A stretch of 64,000 nt of DNA from a virus: positions 4,833-68,832 of the IMG/VR virus record IMGVR_UViG_3300043787_000046; one strand, given 5' to 3'. The notes below the pieces were generated by a model. The model was not told where the DNA came from and ran no database searches. It saw nothing but the letters and a program-made list of their open reading frames with translations. Shown in pieces: positions 29,645 to 38,914 of this stretch (positions are counted from its first letter, which is position 1; every line of letters begins with the position of its first letter). Both the position numbers and the translations under genes were made by a program.

Positions 29645-30045
29645 GGCTTCAGCTCCTGCGGGTAGTCCGGGTGGTCGCTCCAGGCGGATAGTGCGTCGGC
29701 CAGCTCGGCGCACCCGCCGTCGTCCCGGTCGTGGCCGCCGTCAGCGCAATAGCCGAAGCCGTCTCCGCATCCGCGATGCCGCTCCAGGATGCGCCGCTTA
29801 GCCTCGATCTCGCGGAGGGTGCGCGCCGGGTCGTGTCGGGCGATGTGGGCGGCGGCGTAGCTGCCCCTGATCACGCCGACCGACTCATCGCGGGAGTCGT
29901 AGAGGGTCACCGCTGACAGCAGCGGCGAGTTCGTGTTCTCTGCCTGTTCCCACGGGCCGGGGAAGCGAAGCTGTGCTGCCTTCGCTGGCGCCTCGTCCTC
30001 GGCTAGCCGGGCCTCGGCGAACGCGATCACCGCTGCCATGTCCAT
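29641..30045 (-). CDS. DUF6221-like protein (copy 3)
   Basis: FAEARLAEDE...HIARHDPARTLREIEAKRRILERH...DHPDYPQELKP. Confidence 0.8.
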   Translation of the reverse strand: MDMAAVIAFAEARLAEDEAPAKAAQLRFPGPWEQAENTNSPLLSAVTLYDSRDESVGVIRGSYAAAHIARHDPARTLREIEAKRRILERHRGCGDGFGYCADGGHDRDDGGCAELADALSAWSDHPDYPQELKP

Positions 30046-30073
30046 CCCGTCAGCTTAGAGGGGGGATGGGGCC

Positions 30074-31903
30074 GTGGTCGCGAACGTGTACGGTTTCGGC
30101 GGCGCGGAGATGGGCGTCTCCCCGGTAGCCGTCCAGTCCTCGGCGTACTCCGCGGTGCCCGGCAACCTGGTGCCGTGCAACATCTCCGGCGGCGGCTTCA
30201 CGGTCACGCTCCCCGAGTCCCCGGCTGACGGGTCACGCGTCGCGGTGAAGATCATCGCGACCAACGCGGCCGGGACCAATGTCCTGACTGTGGCGACCCT
30301 GGGCACCGACCGGTTCAACGAGTCCGGGGGCGCCGCCGCCGTGGCCCTCACATTGGCGAACCAGGGCCAGGTCTACCAGTACAGCGCCACGTACGGCCTG
30401 TGGTACATCATGGACGACTCGCTGCCGCTCGGCGGCCTCAAGTCCCTGTTCCGCTACGTCTTCCCGTCCGGCGACTCGACCGGGGCGACGGACACGGCAG
30501 CGATCAACGCAGGGCTTGCGAGCGGCGGTGCGGTGCAGCTCGTCGCCGCGCCATTGAGCGCCCCGTATTACATCAACGCGCCGATCACGCCGGTGACGCA
30601 GTCGCGGCTCTGGGGTGCCCAGTGGTGGTCGGCGTCGGAGAACGACAACTACTCGGCCGGCGTCGGTGCCAGCGGCGGCACCACGATCGTGATGGTGGCC
30701 GGGTTCACCGGGTCCGCCGCGATCGACATGACCAACACGACCGGCACCCAGTATTACGGGGTGGACCTCGCCGGGTTCACGATCGAGGGCTACGAGCTCA
30801 GCAGCGGCACCGTCTACGGCATCCTCGTGGACGGGGCATGGGGCGCGGGGTTCATCCGGGGCGTGTGCGTCCACCGGCCGCCCGCCGACTGCATCAGGTT
30901 CGTGACCGACACGACGAGCGGCAAGATCCCCGACGACTGGCAGGTCACGAACTGCAAGTTCAGCGCCTCCCGCAACGGCTACGGGGTGTACGCGGCCGAG
31001 CTGGCCGACTCCTGGTTCACCGACTGCGAGTCGAGCGAGAACGATCTTGACGGCTGGCTGGTCAACTACGGCGTGAACACGAGGTTCTCCGGCTGCAAAG
31101 GCGAGAACAACTCGGCTAACGGCTGGCATTTCACCGGGGTGGGCGCGCACCAGGTGCAATGGCTGACCGGGTGCTCGTCGCACATCAACCAGCACAACGG
31201 GTTCCTGTTCGACAACACCGGCCCCGCCGGCGGCGGCTCGGGCGGCGTCTACCTGCTGACGGGGTGCGTGGCGCAGCAGGACGGGCAGGCCAGCACCAGC
31301 GGCGGCTACGCGGGGTTCGCCGCCTCGGGCTGCGCCGCCCTCGTGATCGGCACCGGGTGCGTGGCCCAGGAAGACTCCACCACCGACTACCCGCAGTACG
31401 GGGCAAGCCAGGTCAGCAGCTCGGCCGGGATGTGCTTCACCGGGAGCTACCTCAAGACCTCGGCGGGCGTCACGCACGACGATGCCAGCAACACGATTGC
31501 CCTGGTCAGCCAGGGCGTGCCGTTCAGCGGCCCCTGGCTGCCGGAGGCCGGCGGCACGCTGACGGGCGCGCTCGCTCCCGCCGTGGCGCCCCTCACGTAC
31601 GGCACGTCGGTGGCGGTCAACGCCGCCCTGGGCAACGTCTTCACGCTGACCCTCACCGCGTCGACGGCGACGATCGCCGCGCCGGGCAACCCGGTAAGCG
31701 GTCAGGTGATCGAGTTCGACCTGACTCAGGGCACCGGAGGCAGCTTCACCGTGGCGTGGGCGTCCGGCTCCGGGGGCTTCGACTTCGGGACGGCCGGCGC
31801 GCCGACGCTGTCCACGACGGCGGGCGACGTCGACGCCGTGAGCTTCCGCTACTCGGCGTCCAAGGGCAAGTGGCTGTGCCTCGGCTACGCCCTGGGATTC
31901 TGA
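30074..31903 (+). CDS. Tail fibre/spike with right-handed beta-helix (putative depolymerase)
   Basis: GDSTGATDTAAINA motif and repeated N..GW/F beta-helix rungs. Confidence 0.7.
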   Translation: MVANVYGFGGAEMGVSPVAVQSSAYSAVPGNLVPCNISGGGFTVTLPESPADGSRVAVKIIATNAAGTNVLTVATLGTDRFNESGGAAAVALTLANQGQVYQYSATYGLWYIMDDSLPLGGLKSLFRYVFPSGDSTGATDTAAINAGLASGGAVQLVAAPLSAPYYINAPITPVTQSRLWGAQWWSASENDNYSAGVGASGGTTIVMVAGFTGSAAIDMTNTTGTQYYGVDLAGFTIEGYELSSGTVYGILVDGAWGAGFIRGVCVHRPPADCIRFVTDTTSGKIPDDWQVTNCKFSASRNGYGVYAAELADSWFTDCESSENDLDGWLVNYGVNTRFSGCKGENNSANGWHFTGVGAHQVQWLTGCSSHINQHNGFLFDNTGPAGGGSGGVYLLTGCVAQQDGQASTSGGYAGFAASGCAALVIGTGCVAQEDSTTDYPQYGASQVSSSAGMCFTGSYLKTSAGVTHDDASNTIALVSQGVPFSGPWLPEAGGTLTGALAPAVAPLTYGTSVAVNAALGNVFTLTLTASTATIAAPGNPVSGQVIEFDLTQGTGGSFTVAWASGSGGFDFGTAGAPTLSTTAGDVDAVSFRYSASKGKWLCLGYALGF

Positions 31904-31904
31904 C

Positions 31905-32582
31905 ATGTCCCGCACCGTCACCGCCACGGCGTCCGGGTCGGGCTCCGAGAACGGCATCCTGCTAGTCGTCAAGGTCCTCGACAACGCCGCCGTCACGCAG
32001 AACGGGGCGACCGGGAACAGCGACGCCTTCACGGTGCCCGAGCAGTCGATCACCCCCGATGACACCGGATCGTGGATCTACGGTGCCGTGATCCAGGGCG
32101 ACAACGACACGACGTTCACTGCCGCGTCCACCACGACGTTCTCTGCCAACGTCGCGGACTCGGTTCACGGCGCCGCGTACGGAGCATTCCGCAGCACCAG
32201 CACCACCACGTCCGGCACGCCCGTGACCGCAGGCGCGAGCGGCCCGACGATTCCGAGCGGCGAAGGAAACATAGCCCTCGCCGAGATCCTCGCCGCGGGG
32301 ACGCTGGCCGAGGACGCCTCGTCACCTACGGGAGTGTCCACCACGTCGGCCAAGACGATCACCACCGCGTCGTTCACGCCGCCGGCCGGGACCTTGCTGG
32401 TCGCGATGGTCTCGGCGGACTACAGCGGCTCCGGGTCCGTCACCGTGGCCGTCAGCGACACCGGAGACCTCACCTGGGACAAGCTCGCCGCGGACCCGGT
32501 CGGGCTGGCAAGCGTGTGGATCGCGCAGGTCCCGTCCGCCGCCGGCCGCGCCTCCGGGGCGATGACCGGGGGCTTCCCCTGA
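31905..32582 (+). CDS. Thr/Ser-rich tail accessory protein
   Basis: TTASFTPPAGTLLVAMV motif; follows fibre gene. Confidence 0.55.
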   Translation: MSRTVTATASGSGSENGILLVVKVLDNAAVTQNGATGNSDAFTVPEQSITPDDTGSWIYGAVIQGDNDTTFTAASTTTFSANVADSVHGAAYGAFRSTSTTTSGTPVTAGASGPTIPSGEGNIALAEILAAGTLAEDASSPTGVSTTSAKTITTASFTPPAGTLLVAMVSADYSGSGSVTVAVSDTGDLTWDKLAADPVGLASVWIAQVPSAAGRASGAMTGGFP

Positions 32583-32642
32583 CGGGCCGTGATCACGTGC
32601 AGCCCGGCTATCGCCTGCGTCACCACGCCTGAGCGGGGGCAC

Positions 32643-32963
32643 ATGGCAGTCGACTCCGGCATCCTCACCGGCATCCTGTCCTCAGCCGGCGCGGGCACCG
32701 CCATCATCGTGATCCTGCTGCTGACCGGCATCCTCGTCACCAAGCCGTACGCCGAACGAGTCGATCGCGATGCCGCGGACTGGAAAGCGGCCTACGAGGC
32801 GGAAAAGAACGCGCGCGAGACGGAGAGGCGCGCTAACGACGAGCTGCGGGCCGCCGCCCTGGTGCAGAGCCAGCGGGCCGACGCGGCGGTGGAGACCGCG
32901 AAACTCGCCCAGGCGCTGCTGGAGGACCTCCGGAAGAGGACAGCCGATGCGCCTCACCCGTAG
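32643..32963 (+). CDS. Membrane-anchored coiled-coil protein (lysis module)
   Basis: N-terminal TM segment followed by coiled coil. Confidence 0.5.
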   Translation: MAVDSGILTGILSSAGAGTAIIVILLLTGILVTKPYAERVDRDAADWKAAYEAEKNARETERRANDELRAAALVQSQRADAAVETAKLAQALLEDLRKRTADAPHP

Positions 32964-33189
32964 AAAGCGCGCATCGCAGCCGGGTGACGCGAAGGCCGCC
33001 GTCAGCAGCGCCATCACGGCCGGGGCGGAAGCTAGCGAGCGGCTCGCCAGCGCCAGCGAGACGCACGCCGCGGCGGCAGAGACGGCTGCCCATGAGCAGC
33101 GCACCGTCATCTCCGAGCTCCGGGCGATGCGCCGGGAAAACCACCTGGCCGAGATGATCCTTGCCAGCGTCAGGCGGGAGCGGCCGTGA
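32947..33189 (+). CDS. Small lysis-module protein
   Basis: RRENHLAEMI motif typical next to actinophage holins. Confidence 0.5.
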   Translation: MRLTRRKRASQPGDAKAAVSSAITAGAEASERLASASETHAAAAETAAHEQRTVISELRAMRRENHLAEMILASVRRERP

Positions 33190-33518
33190 CACAGGCACAG
33201 CTCGTGACGGATCTCGGCAACGACGCGGTGTTCGCCGCGTGCGCCGGGAGCGTGGCGTTCCTGGCCGCGTACATCCTGCTGGCGCGCGGGTACCGGACGG
33301 AGATCGGCCGGGCGCTCATCGTCATGGACGCCGGGCTGACGCTGGCGCTGGGGCCGTCCGTCGTGCACCGGCTCACCGGCCTGTCCCTGGCGAGCATCGG
33401 TTACGCCTGGTATTTCGTCGCCTCTATCGCCGTGGTCGGTCTCGCCACCTGGTGGCGGGTGTGGTTCGTGCTCAAGGTCCAGTGGCGCGGGCGGCCGAAA
33501 CCTCCGGAAGACCCGTGA
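33186..33518 (+). CDS. Putative holin
   Basis: Three TM segments; YRTEIGRALIV motif. Confidence 0.55.
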   Translation: MTQAQLVTDLGNDAVFAACAGSVAFLAAYILLARGYRTEIGRALIVMDAGLTLALGPSVVHRLTGLSLASIGYAWYFVASIAVVGLATWWRVWFVLKVQWRGRPKPPEDP

Positions 33519-33877
33519 TGCCGCCCGGCATCCTCACCAGCGCCGTGTTCGTGGCGGCGTTCGCCGCCCTGAGCGTTTTCGGGTCGGCTTACATGCTCCT
33601 GGCCCCCTGGTTCAGGAACCCGGCCGGGCGCGCCCTGATGGTCATGTCGACCGGGTTCTGGCTCGTGTCGCTGGCGGAGCTTCTCCGGCACCCGTTCGGG
33701 CTGTCCACCGCCGACAGCGCCCCGTTCGCCTGGTTCCAGGTCGCGGCGGTATCCGTGGCCGTCGTAGGGATCGGCTGGATCACGAAGGTGCTCATCAAGG
33801 CGCAGTGGCACGGAAGACGGCGCGGGCGCCGGTACTTCGAGGACAGCGGCGAGAGGCGGCATGATGGCCATCCCTGA
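33518..33877 (+). CDS. Putative holin (paralogue)
   Basis: Three TM segments; PWFRNPAGRALM motif. Confidence 0.55.
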   Translation: MPPGILTSAVFVAAFAALSVFGSAYMLLAPWFRNPAGRALMVMSTGFWLVSLAELLRHPFGLSTADSAPFAWFQVAAVSVAVVGIGWITKVLIKAQWHGRRRGRRYFEDSGERRHDGHP

Positions 33878-34075
33878 ACCGGTAGCCGCAGCCGAGCAGG
33901 CAGAGTCGAATCACACGGAGCGCGAGGATGAGCCCTGGTCGATCGAGATCCCTGACCATCCGGGCCGCACGGAGTCACCAGGCTTCCGCCGGGCAAAGGA
34001 AGCGATGCACAGGATCCTCGCCGCGATAGCCGGGCAGGCTCCGGGCGGCTTCAGCCTGATAGGGGCGATCTCCGA

Positions 34076-34705
34076 ATGACGGCACCCGTCCAGGCCCATC
34101 ATGCCGGGAGCCTGTGGGTTTTCGACGGCGAATGGTTCCTGCTCCTGAACATCGCCGGGGTGGAGTGGTCCGCCCAGTGGTCCGCCGACCCGGCGAAGGT
34201 CGATGCCCTCCGGCAGAACGCGCAGCGGCTCTACGCGCGGTTCCCGGAGACGCTCGACGAGATGGAACGCCTCGGCTACGCCGAGTGCCGCAAGATCCTT
34301 GCCGCGCCGATCACGGACCATCCCGGCGTCGCGCGGTGGACCGACAGCCTGTTCAACGCCTGCGTCCCGCTCTCACCGGGGATGCACCAGGGCGTCGTGT
34401 CCGATCATCAGGCGGTCGGCGGCTGGCATCACTACCCCAAGAGCATCTGGGATATCCAGCTCACCAGGCGCGACGATTTCCGGCTCTGGGTGACCGACGA
34501 GGAGGGGCATCCCGCGGCCGTCGCTCCCGCCGGCCCTCGCGGATCCGGGGACGGCCGGGTGCATGTCCTGTGGGCCACGCCCGGCTCGGCGCTCCACGGT
34601 GAGCACGCCGCCGCCGAGGCGGCGGCCGTACCGCACATCCTCGACGCCTGTCACCCGCTGGCCGTGCAGGCGTTCGCGGCGCAGGCAGCGGCGCCGTCGA
34701 AGTGA
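34076..34705 (+). CDS. His/Trp-rich hypothetical protein (possibly split from 33864-34079)
   Basis: QAHHAGSLW...GWHHYPK; ATGA overlap with upstream ORF. Confidence 0.5.
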   Translation: MTAPVQAHHAGSLWVFDGEWFLLLNIAGVEWSAQWSADPAKVDALRQNAQRLYARFPETLDEMERLGYAECRKILAAPITDHPGVARWTDSLFNACVPLSPGMHQGVVSDHQAVGGWHHYPKSIWDIQLTRRDDFRLWVTDEEGHPAAVAPAGPRGSGDGRVHVLWATPGSALHGEHAAAEAAAVPHILDACHPLAVQAFAAQAAAPSK

Positions 34706-35044
34706 GCGGCTGGACCTGCTACCGGTGCGGGCGCTGGTTCGTCCATGCCCGGTTTCTCGCCACGCACCTGATCGAGATGCACGGGGAGGCGTCGAGGTGA
34801 AGCACCATCCCGGCCCGGCGCCCGACCACCGCCCCGGTGAGACCTGCACGCGCACGGTCACCTGCCAGGCAACAGGCCCCGAGGAATCTGACTACTGGGA
34901 GCTGGACGAGAGGGCGCTGCCCCGGCGCCGGTACACGCTGGCCGACGTAGAGGCGTGGTGCGAGGAGCTGCGGAGACTCGGGGTGCCCGGTGACCTCGTG
35001 CTACCGGAAGCGGGCGGGCTGGTCGTGACGCTGGACGTGCAGGC

Positions 35045-35608
35045 ATGACGACCGGCATCCCGCTCCGCATCGCCGAGCCCACCGGACGCTACCGGCGCTC
35101 GCTGCGGCGGTACGTGCTCTCCGCCGACCGCGACTGTGCCGCTGGCGGCTACCACAATGCGAGCGCCGACATAGGCGACGTCGACGAGTCCGAACGCGCA
35201 GAAGCATCCGGCGACAACTGGCCGCACGATGATCCCCGCTGGCCGTCCGCGTGCGGATGCGGTTACGTGTTCGCCGCCGAGGATCGCTGGCAGCGGAACG
35301 ACAGCGGGATCTACCGGCTGCCTGATGGTGCCGAGTTCACCTTCCGCGGCTCGTTCGGGAGCACCGCGCCGCCAGGCGCGATGATCCGGGCGTCCTGGTG
35401 CGACGAGTACGCCGGGCAGCCCGGCGAGTCGTGGATCATCGCGCTCCCCGGCGGCGGTGAGTGGATCACCACCCAGAAAGCCAGGGGCGGCGGCTTCTGG
35501 GCAGTCACCGGAACGCCGCCGGGTATCACCGTCAGCCCGTCGATCTGGCACAACGCGCCGACGGGCTGGCATGGCTGGATTCGCGACGGAAAGCTGGTGG
35601 ACGTGTGA
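35045..35608 (+). CDS. Hypothetical Cys/His protein
   Basis: WPSACGCGY and TVSPSIW...WHGWIRDG motifs. Confidence 0.55.
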   Translation: MTTGIPLRIAEPTGRYRRSLRRYVLSADRDCAAGGYHNASADIGDVDESERAEASGDNWPHDDPRWPSACGCGYVFAAEDRWQRNDSGIYRLPDGAEFTFRGSFGSTAPPGAMIRASWCDEYAGQPGESWIIALPGGGEWITTQKARGGGFWAVTGTPPGITVSPSIWHNAPTGWHGWIRDGKLVDV

Positions 35609-36045
35609 GGCAGGAAGCCCCCGACCCGGAGCCGCTGAAATACCTGGTCGACCGGCTGAGGTACCGGCCCGGCTGGACATTCGAACTGGCCGACATCGAC
35701 CGCGGGCAGGGCAGTGCGGGCCTGACCCTGATCATCACCACCCGCGGCTACGACAGCTATCATCCGGGGCGCGGCGAGAACTACCGCGTCAACCACTACA
35801 TGCCCGTCCCCCCTGCCGCCTTCGATGCCAGGTCGTGGCAGCGGTGGCTGTTCGATCAGTTCCTGCTCGTGGAGCGGCACGAGGCGATGGAGTTCTTCGC
35901 GATTCGCGACTCGCCGGGCAGCGAGCACGCCGTCAGGCCGTACGCGCCGAGTCACGGCCCCGGCAACGACCCGTACCTCGTCCGCGAGTTCGGCACCGGT
36001 GTGGACCGGCGCACATCGTTCCGCGGCGACATCAACCCCGAGTGA
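35605..36045 (+). CDS. Conserved actinophage hypothetical protein
   Basis: LRYRPGWTF...VERHEAMEFF...PSHGPG. Confidence 0.55.
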   Translation: MRQEAPDPEPLKYLVDRLRYRPGWTFELADIDRGQGSAGLTLIITTRGYDSYHPGRGENYRVNHYMPVPPAAFDARSWQRWLFDQFLLVERHEAMEFFAIRDSPGSEHAVRPYAPSHGPGNDPYLVREFGTGVDRRTSFRGDINPE

Positions 36046-36482
36046 AGGCTTCCCTCACCCGCCCGGCCGTGCTCGGGAGCTTCGACGGCTGCGCGAGCCT
36101 GCTCGGCGTCATCATCTACCTGCTGATCACTCATCCGGCGCTGATCTTCCCCACGGCAGTCTCCGGAGCCCTCAGCAGCGCGGTGAGCATGGGAGGCGGG
36201 GAGTTCCTCTCCGACTCCGACAGTGGCCTGCCAGCGTCCGGCGTGATGGCGCTGGCGACCTTCGCCGGGGCGGCGCTGCCCGCTGTCCCGTTCGCGTTCG
36301 GCACCGGCCCGGCGGAGATCGCCGCGTCGGCCCTGTTCATCGCCGCGATCGGTATCGCGGTCGCCGGGATGCGGCCTAACCGCGGCCTCGGCCTCGCGCT
36401 GCTGGAGACGTTCGCCCTGCTCGCCGCTGTCGCCCTGGTCGTGGTGGCGTGCAGCTTGCTACTGCCCGGAGGTGCCGCATGA
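36042..36482 (+). CDS. VIT1/CCC1-like membrane protein
   Basis: AVLGSFDG...ALSSAVSMGGGEFLS motif; ~5 TM segments. Confidence 0.65.
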   Translation: MKASLTRPAVLGSFDGCASLLGVIIYLLITHPALIFPTAVSGALSSAVSMGGGEFLSDSDSGLPASGVMALATFAGAALPAVPFAFGTGPAEIAASALFIAAIGIAVAGMRPNRGLGLALLETFALLAAVALVVVACSLLLPGGAA

Positions 36483-36955
36483 CGGATCCCGCGAAGCAAG
36501 ACGCCCCCGAGCGGGAGTCGGCGTTCCTGAAGGTCGCGGACTATGTTTCCGCGGCGATGGGACGCCCCGCCAACATCATGATCTGGCTGCTGGCGGTGAT
36601 CGCGTGGACGGGGATCTTCGCGTTCGGCGGGTCCCGCATCGCGGCCGGCACGTGGCTGCCCGCGTGGTTCACCAGCCAGGGATTCAACTTCCCCTTGAAT
36701 CTCATAACTACCGTAGCTGAGCTCTTCATCGGGTTTCTGGTGGCCGCCGCGTCGAACCGCAGCGAGCGGAACCTTGAGGCGACTCTCGCAGGGATCCAGG
36801 CAGCCGAGGACCGGGACGCCGAGCTTGAGTCGGGCCTGACGGCGGCGATCGCGGCGAACACGGAGCTGACGCAGAAGGTCCATGATCTCACCGCCGCGGT
36901 CCACCAGCTTCTCAGCGCGCAGGCCGCGGGGAGTCCGGGCGCTGCGCCGGCATGA
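36479..36955 (+). CDS. Two-TM membrane protein (DUF1003/low-affinity iron permease-like)
   Basis: ADYVSAAMG...LNLITT...AASNR plus coiled coil. Confidence 0.5.
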   Translation: MTDPAKQDAPERESAFLKVADYVSAAMGRPANIMIWLLAVIAWTGIFAFGGSRIAAGTWLPAWFTSQGFNFPLNLITTVAELFIGFLVAAASNRSERNLEATLAGIQAAEDRDAELESGLTAAIAANTELTQKVHDLTAAVHQLLSAQAAGSPGAAPA

Positions 36956-37038
36956 CCGTCGCGCTCTGGATCGCTATCGCGGTCGTCATCGTCATCACCA
37001 TGTGGCCCCGGCCACCCCGTACATGAGAGGCCCGTCAC

Positions 37039-37890
37039 ATGACTGCTAGCGCGCAGGGGATCGATGTCTCGGCCTATCAGCCTCCGCTGACCCCGGCCGC
37101 CCTGGAAGGGCTCGACTTCGCGTTCTGCAAGGCCACGAACGGCGACCAGCTCGCGGACGCGAACTTCGCCCGGAACTGGGCGGCGGTGAAGGCGGCGGGC
37201 ATCCGCAGAGGTGCCTACCACGAGCTGGTGTCCCCGGCTGCGGCGTCCGGGCTGGTCCAGGCCCGGTACTTCCTGGCGACCGTGATCGCGGAGGGCCTGG
37301 AGGCTGGCGACATGCTGGCGGTCGTTGTCTCGGACTACCAGGGCGTGACGGACAGCGAAGTCAAAGCGTTCTGCGATTCTGTCCATGCTGCCGCCCCGGC
37401 TTCCCCGGTGCTGGTCTACTCGGACCTGACCGTGGCGAAGGCGCTGACCTCGTGCACCGGCTATGACCTGTGGGTGGCGTGGCCGTCAGCTACCGCCCCG
37501 GCGCTGGTCGCACCGTGGGGCACCTGGCGTTTCTGGCAGTGGGGTTCACCGGGGAACCTCGACCACGACGCGTTCAACGGGACGAGGGCGGAGCTTGACG
37601 CGTGGATCGCGGGGCGTGCGGGGAAGCCCGCGCCGGCCGGCCCGCGTCCCGTACCTGACTGGCAGGAGGCCATGATGCAGCAGCTACCCGAGGTCACAGC
37701 CGGAAGTGCCGACGCCGCCGCTGTGCGGACCGTACAGGGGCTCTGCGTCTCGCGAGGGCACCTGATCGCCGTCGACGGGGATTTCGGGCCTGTGACCCAG
37801 ATGGCGGTCAGGAACGTTCAGTCGGGCGCCGGGATCGTCGCCGACGGGGTGGTCGGGCCGGCGACCTGGCCTGTGCTGCTCGGGGTGTGA
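37039..37890 (+). CDS. Endolysin, GH25 muramidase plus peptidoglycan-binding domain
   Basis: GIDVSAYQ, KATNG, RGAYH, WRFWQW, VDGDFGP/ADGVVGPATW. Confidence 0.9.
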   Translation: MTASAQGIDVSAYQPPLTPAALEGLDFAFCKATNGDQLADANFARNWAAVKAAGIRRGAYHELVSPAAASGLVQARYFLATVIAEGLEAGDMLAVVVSDYQGVTDSEVKAFCDSVHAAAPASPVLVYSDLTVAKALTSCTGYDLWVAWPSATAPALVAPWGTWRFWQWGSPGNLDHDAFNGTRAELDAWIAGRAGKPAPAGPRPVPDWQEAMMQQLPEVTAGSADAAAVRTVQGLCVSRGHLIAVDGDFGPVTQMAVRNVQSGAGIVADGVVGPATWPVLLGV

Positions 37891-38237
37891 GCCGCGCCGT
37901 TCGCGTGCGGCGGCGCGTCCTGGTCCCCCGGCTTCCGCTCGGCTCGCGGCCTGCCGGTGATCGCCCAGTACCGGTTCCGTGCGCCCGTCGCCGACATGCC
38001 GGTGAGGGCAGCTATCGCGGCGAACGACAGGCCCTCCCGCTCGCGCAGCTCGACGATCTTGCTGTCGGGCACATCGGGGCGCTTGCGCGGACCGCGCGGG
38101 CGCGTCGCGTCGCCGAGCCACCGCTGCACTGTACGCGGGTCGACGCCGAGCCGGGCGGCGATGGCCCGCGTGGTCAGCGTCGTCGCGTAGAGCTGCCGGG
38201 CTTGCGCCCGCTTGCCTTCGTCCGTCTTGCGGGTCAC
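37818..38237 (-). CDS. Double helix-turn-helix protein
   Basis: TRAIAARLGVDPRTVQRWL and LSFAAIAALTGMSATGARNRY. Confidence 0.7.
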   Translation of the reverse strand: MTRKTDEGKRAQARQLYATTLTTRAIAARLGVDPRTVQRWLGDATRPRGPRKRPDVPDSKIVELREREGLSFAAIAALTGMSATGARNRYWAITGRPRAERKPGDQDAPPHANGAAHTPSSTGQVAGPTTPSATIPAPD

Positions 38238-38536
38238 GGCACCAGGACCGCGCCGGTCACGACGGCGGTAACGGTCTGGCCGTAGGGGGTGACGGTCAGC
38301 TCGGCGGTGTCGGCGGGGCTGCCGGTGACCCGGAGTTGCCATGTCTCGCGGAGTTCCTCGGACCTGCCGCTGGCGCGCCGGACGTGGAGTTTGCCCTCGG
38401 CCGTGATGATGTCGCCCGGCACGGCGTCGATCTCGCGGGCGGTGGTGCTGGCATAGGTCGCGCCGATCCGGATCCAGCACGGGCCGGCCATCTTGCTGCG
38501 GCTCGGGATGCCTGTCTGGGTGATGGTGACGGTCAT
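38234..38536 (-). CDS. Hypothetical protein
   Basis: Coupled to neighbouring genes in a small minus-strand operon. Confidence 0.55.
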   Translation of the reverse strand: MTVTITQTGIPSRSKMAGPCWIRIGATYASTTAREIDAVPGDIITAEGKLHVRRASGRSEELRETWQLRVTGSPADTAELTVTPYGQTVTAVVTGAVLVP

Positions 38537-38537
38537 G

Positions 38538-38823
38538 TCATGCCCGCCCGTCGCGACGGTAGAAGGTCACGGAGCGGTCAGAGCGGTCGGTGACGCGCAT
38601 CCACGGGTCGCCGTCGCCGGCTTCCATATCCCGCGCGCGCCCGGCGGGGATGGTGAGACGCCCGTCTCGATATAGGAGCTGTCCCCATATCCCGCGCGCG
38701 CCCGGCGGGGATGCCTCGCGAGTAGCTGACTTCGACTATCTGCCCCGTGTTGCGTGCGGGGGTGGTAAATACGATGCTGTCCGGGACTTCGGAGGCCGGG
38801 ACAGCGCGGTACGTCCAGCTCAT
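38538..38823 (-). pseudogene. 74-aa hypothetical gene frameshifted by a 61-bp insertion
   Basis: Removing one 28-bp copy plus the 33-bp insert restores MSWTY...RDMEAGDGDPWMRVTDRSDRSVTFYRRDGRA*, ending 1 nt before the next ATG; RBS GAGGAG. Confidence 0.85.
38624..38712 (-). CRISPR. Ectopic single-spacer unit: 28-bp duplication / 33-bp self-derived spacer / 28-bp duplication
   Basis: ccatatcccgcgcgcgcccggcggggat at 38624-38651 and 38685-38712; the insert at 38652-38684 is the exact reverse complement of 28204-28236. Confidence 0.9.
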
Positions 38824-38914
38824 CTGGTGCTCCTCGGGTTGCTCTTTGCTGACATCACCAATAATGCCGCAATGGAGCGCGCATGTCAACCGAAGTAGCG
38901 AAGCCACCGGGGAG

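Noticed and set aside
6635-32065. Long antisense or alternate-frame ORFs (e.g. 6635-8053, 20144-21814, 30233-32065)
   Set aside because: Shadow ORFs expected in ~70% GC DNA opposite well-supported genes
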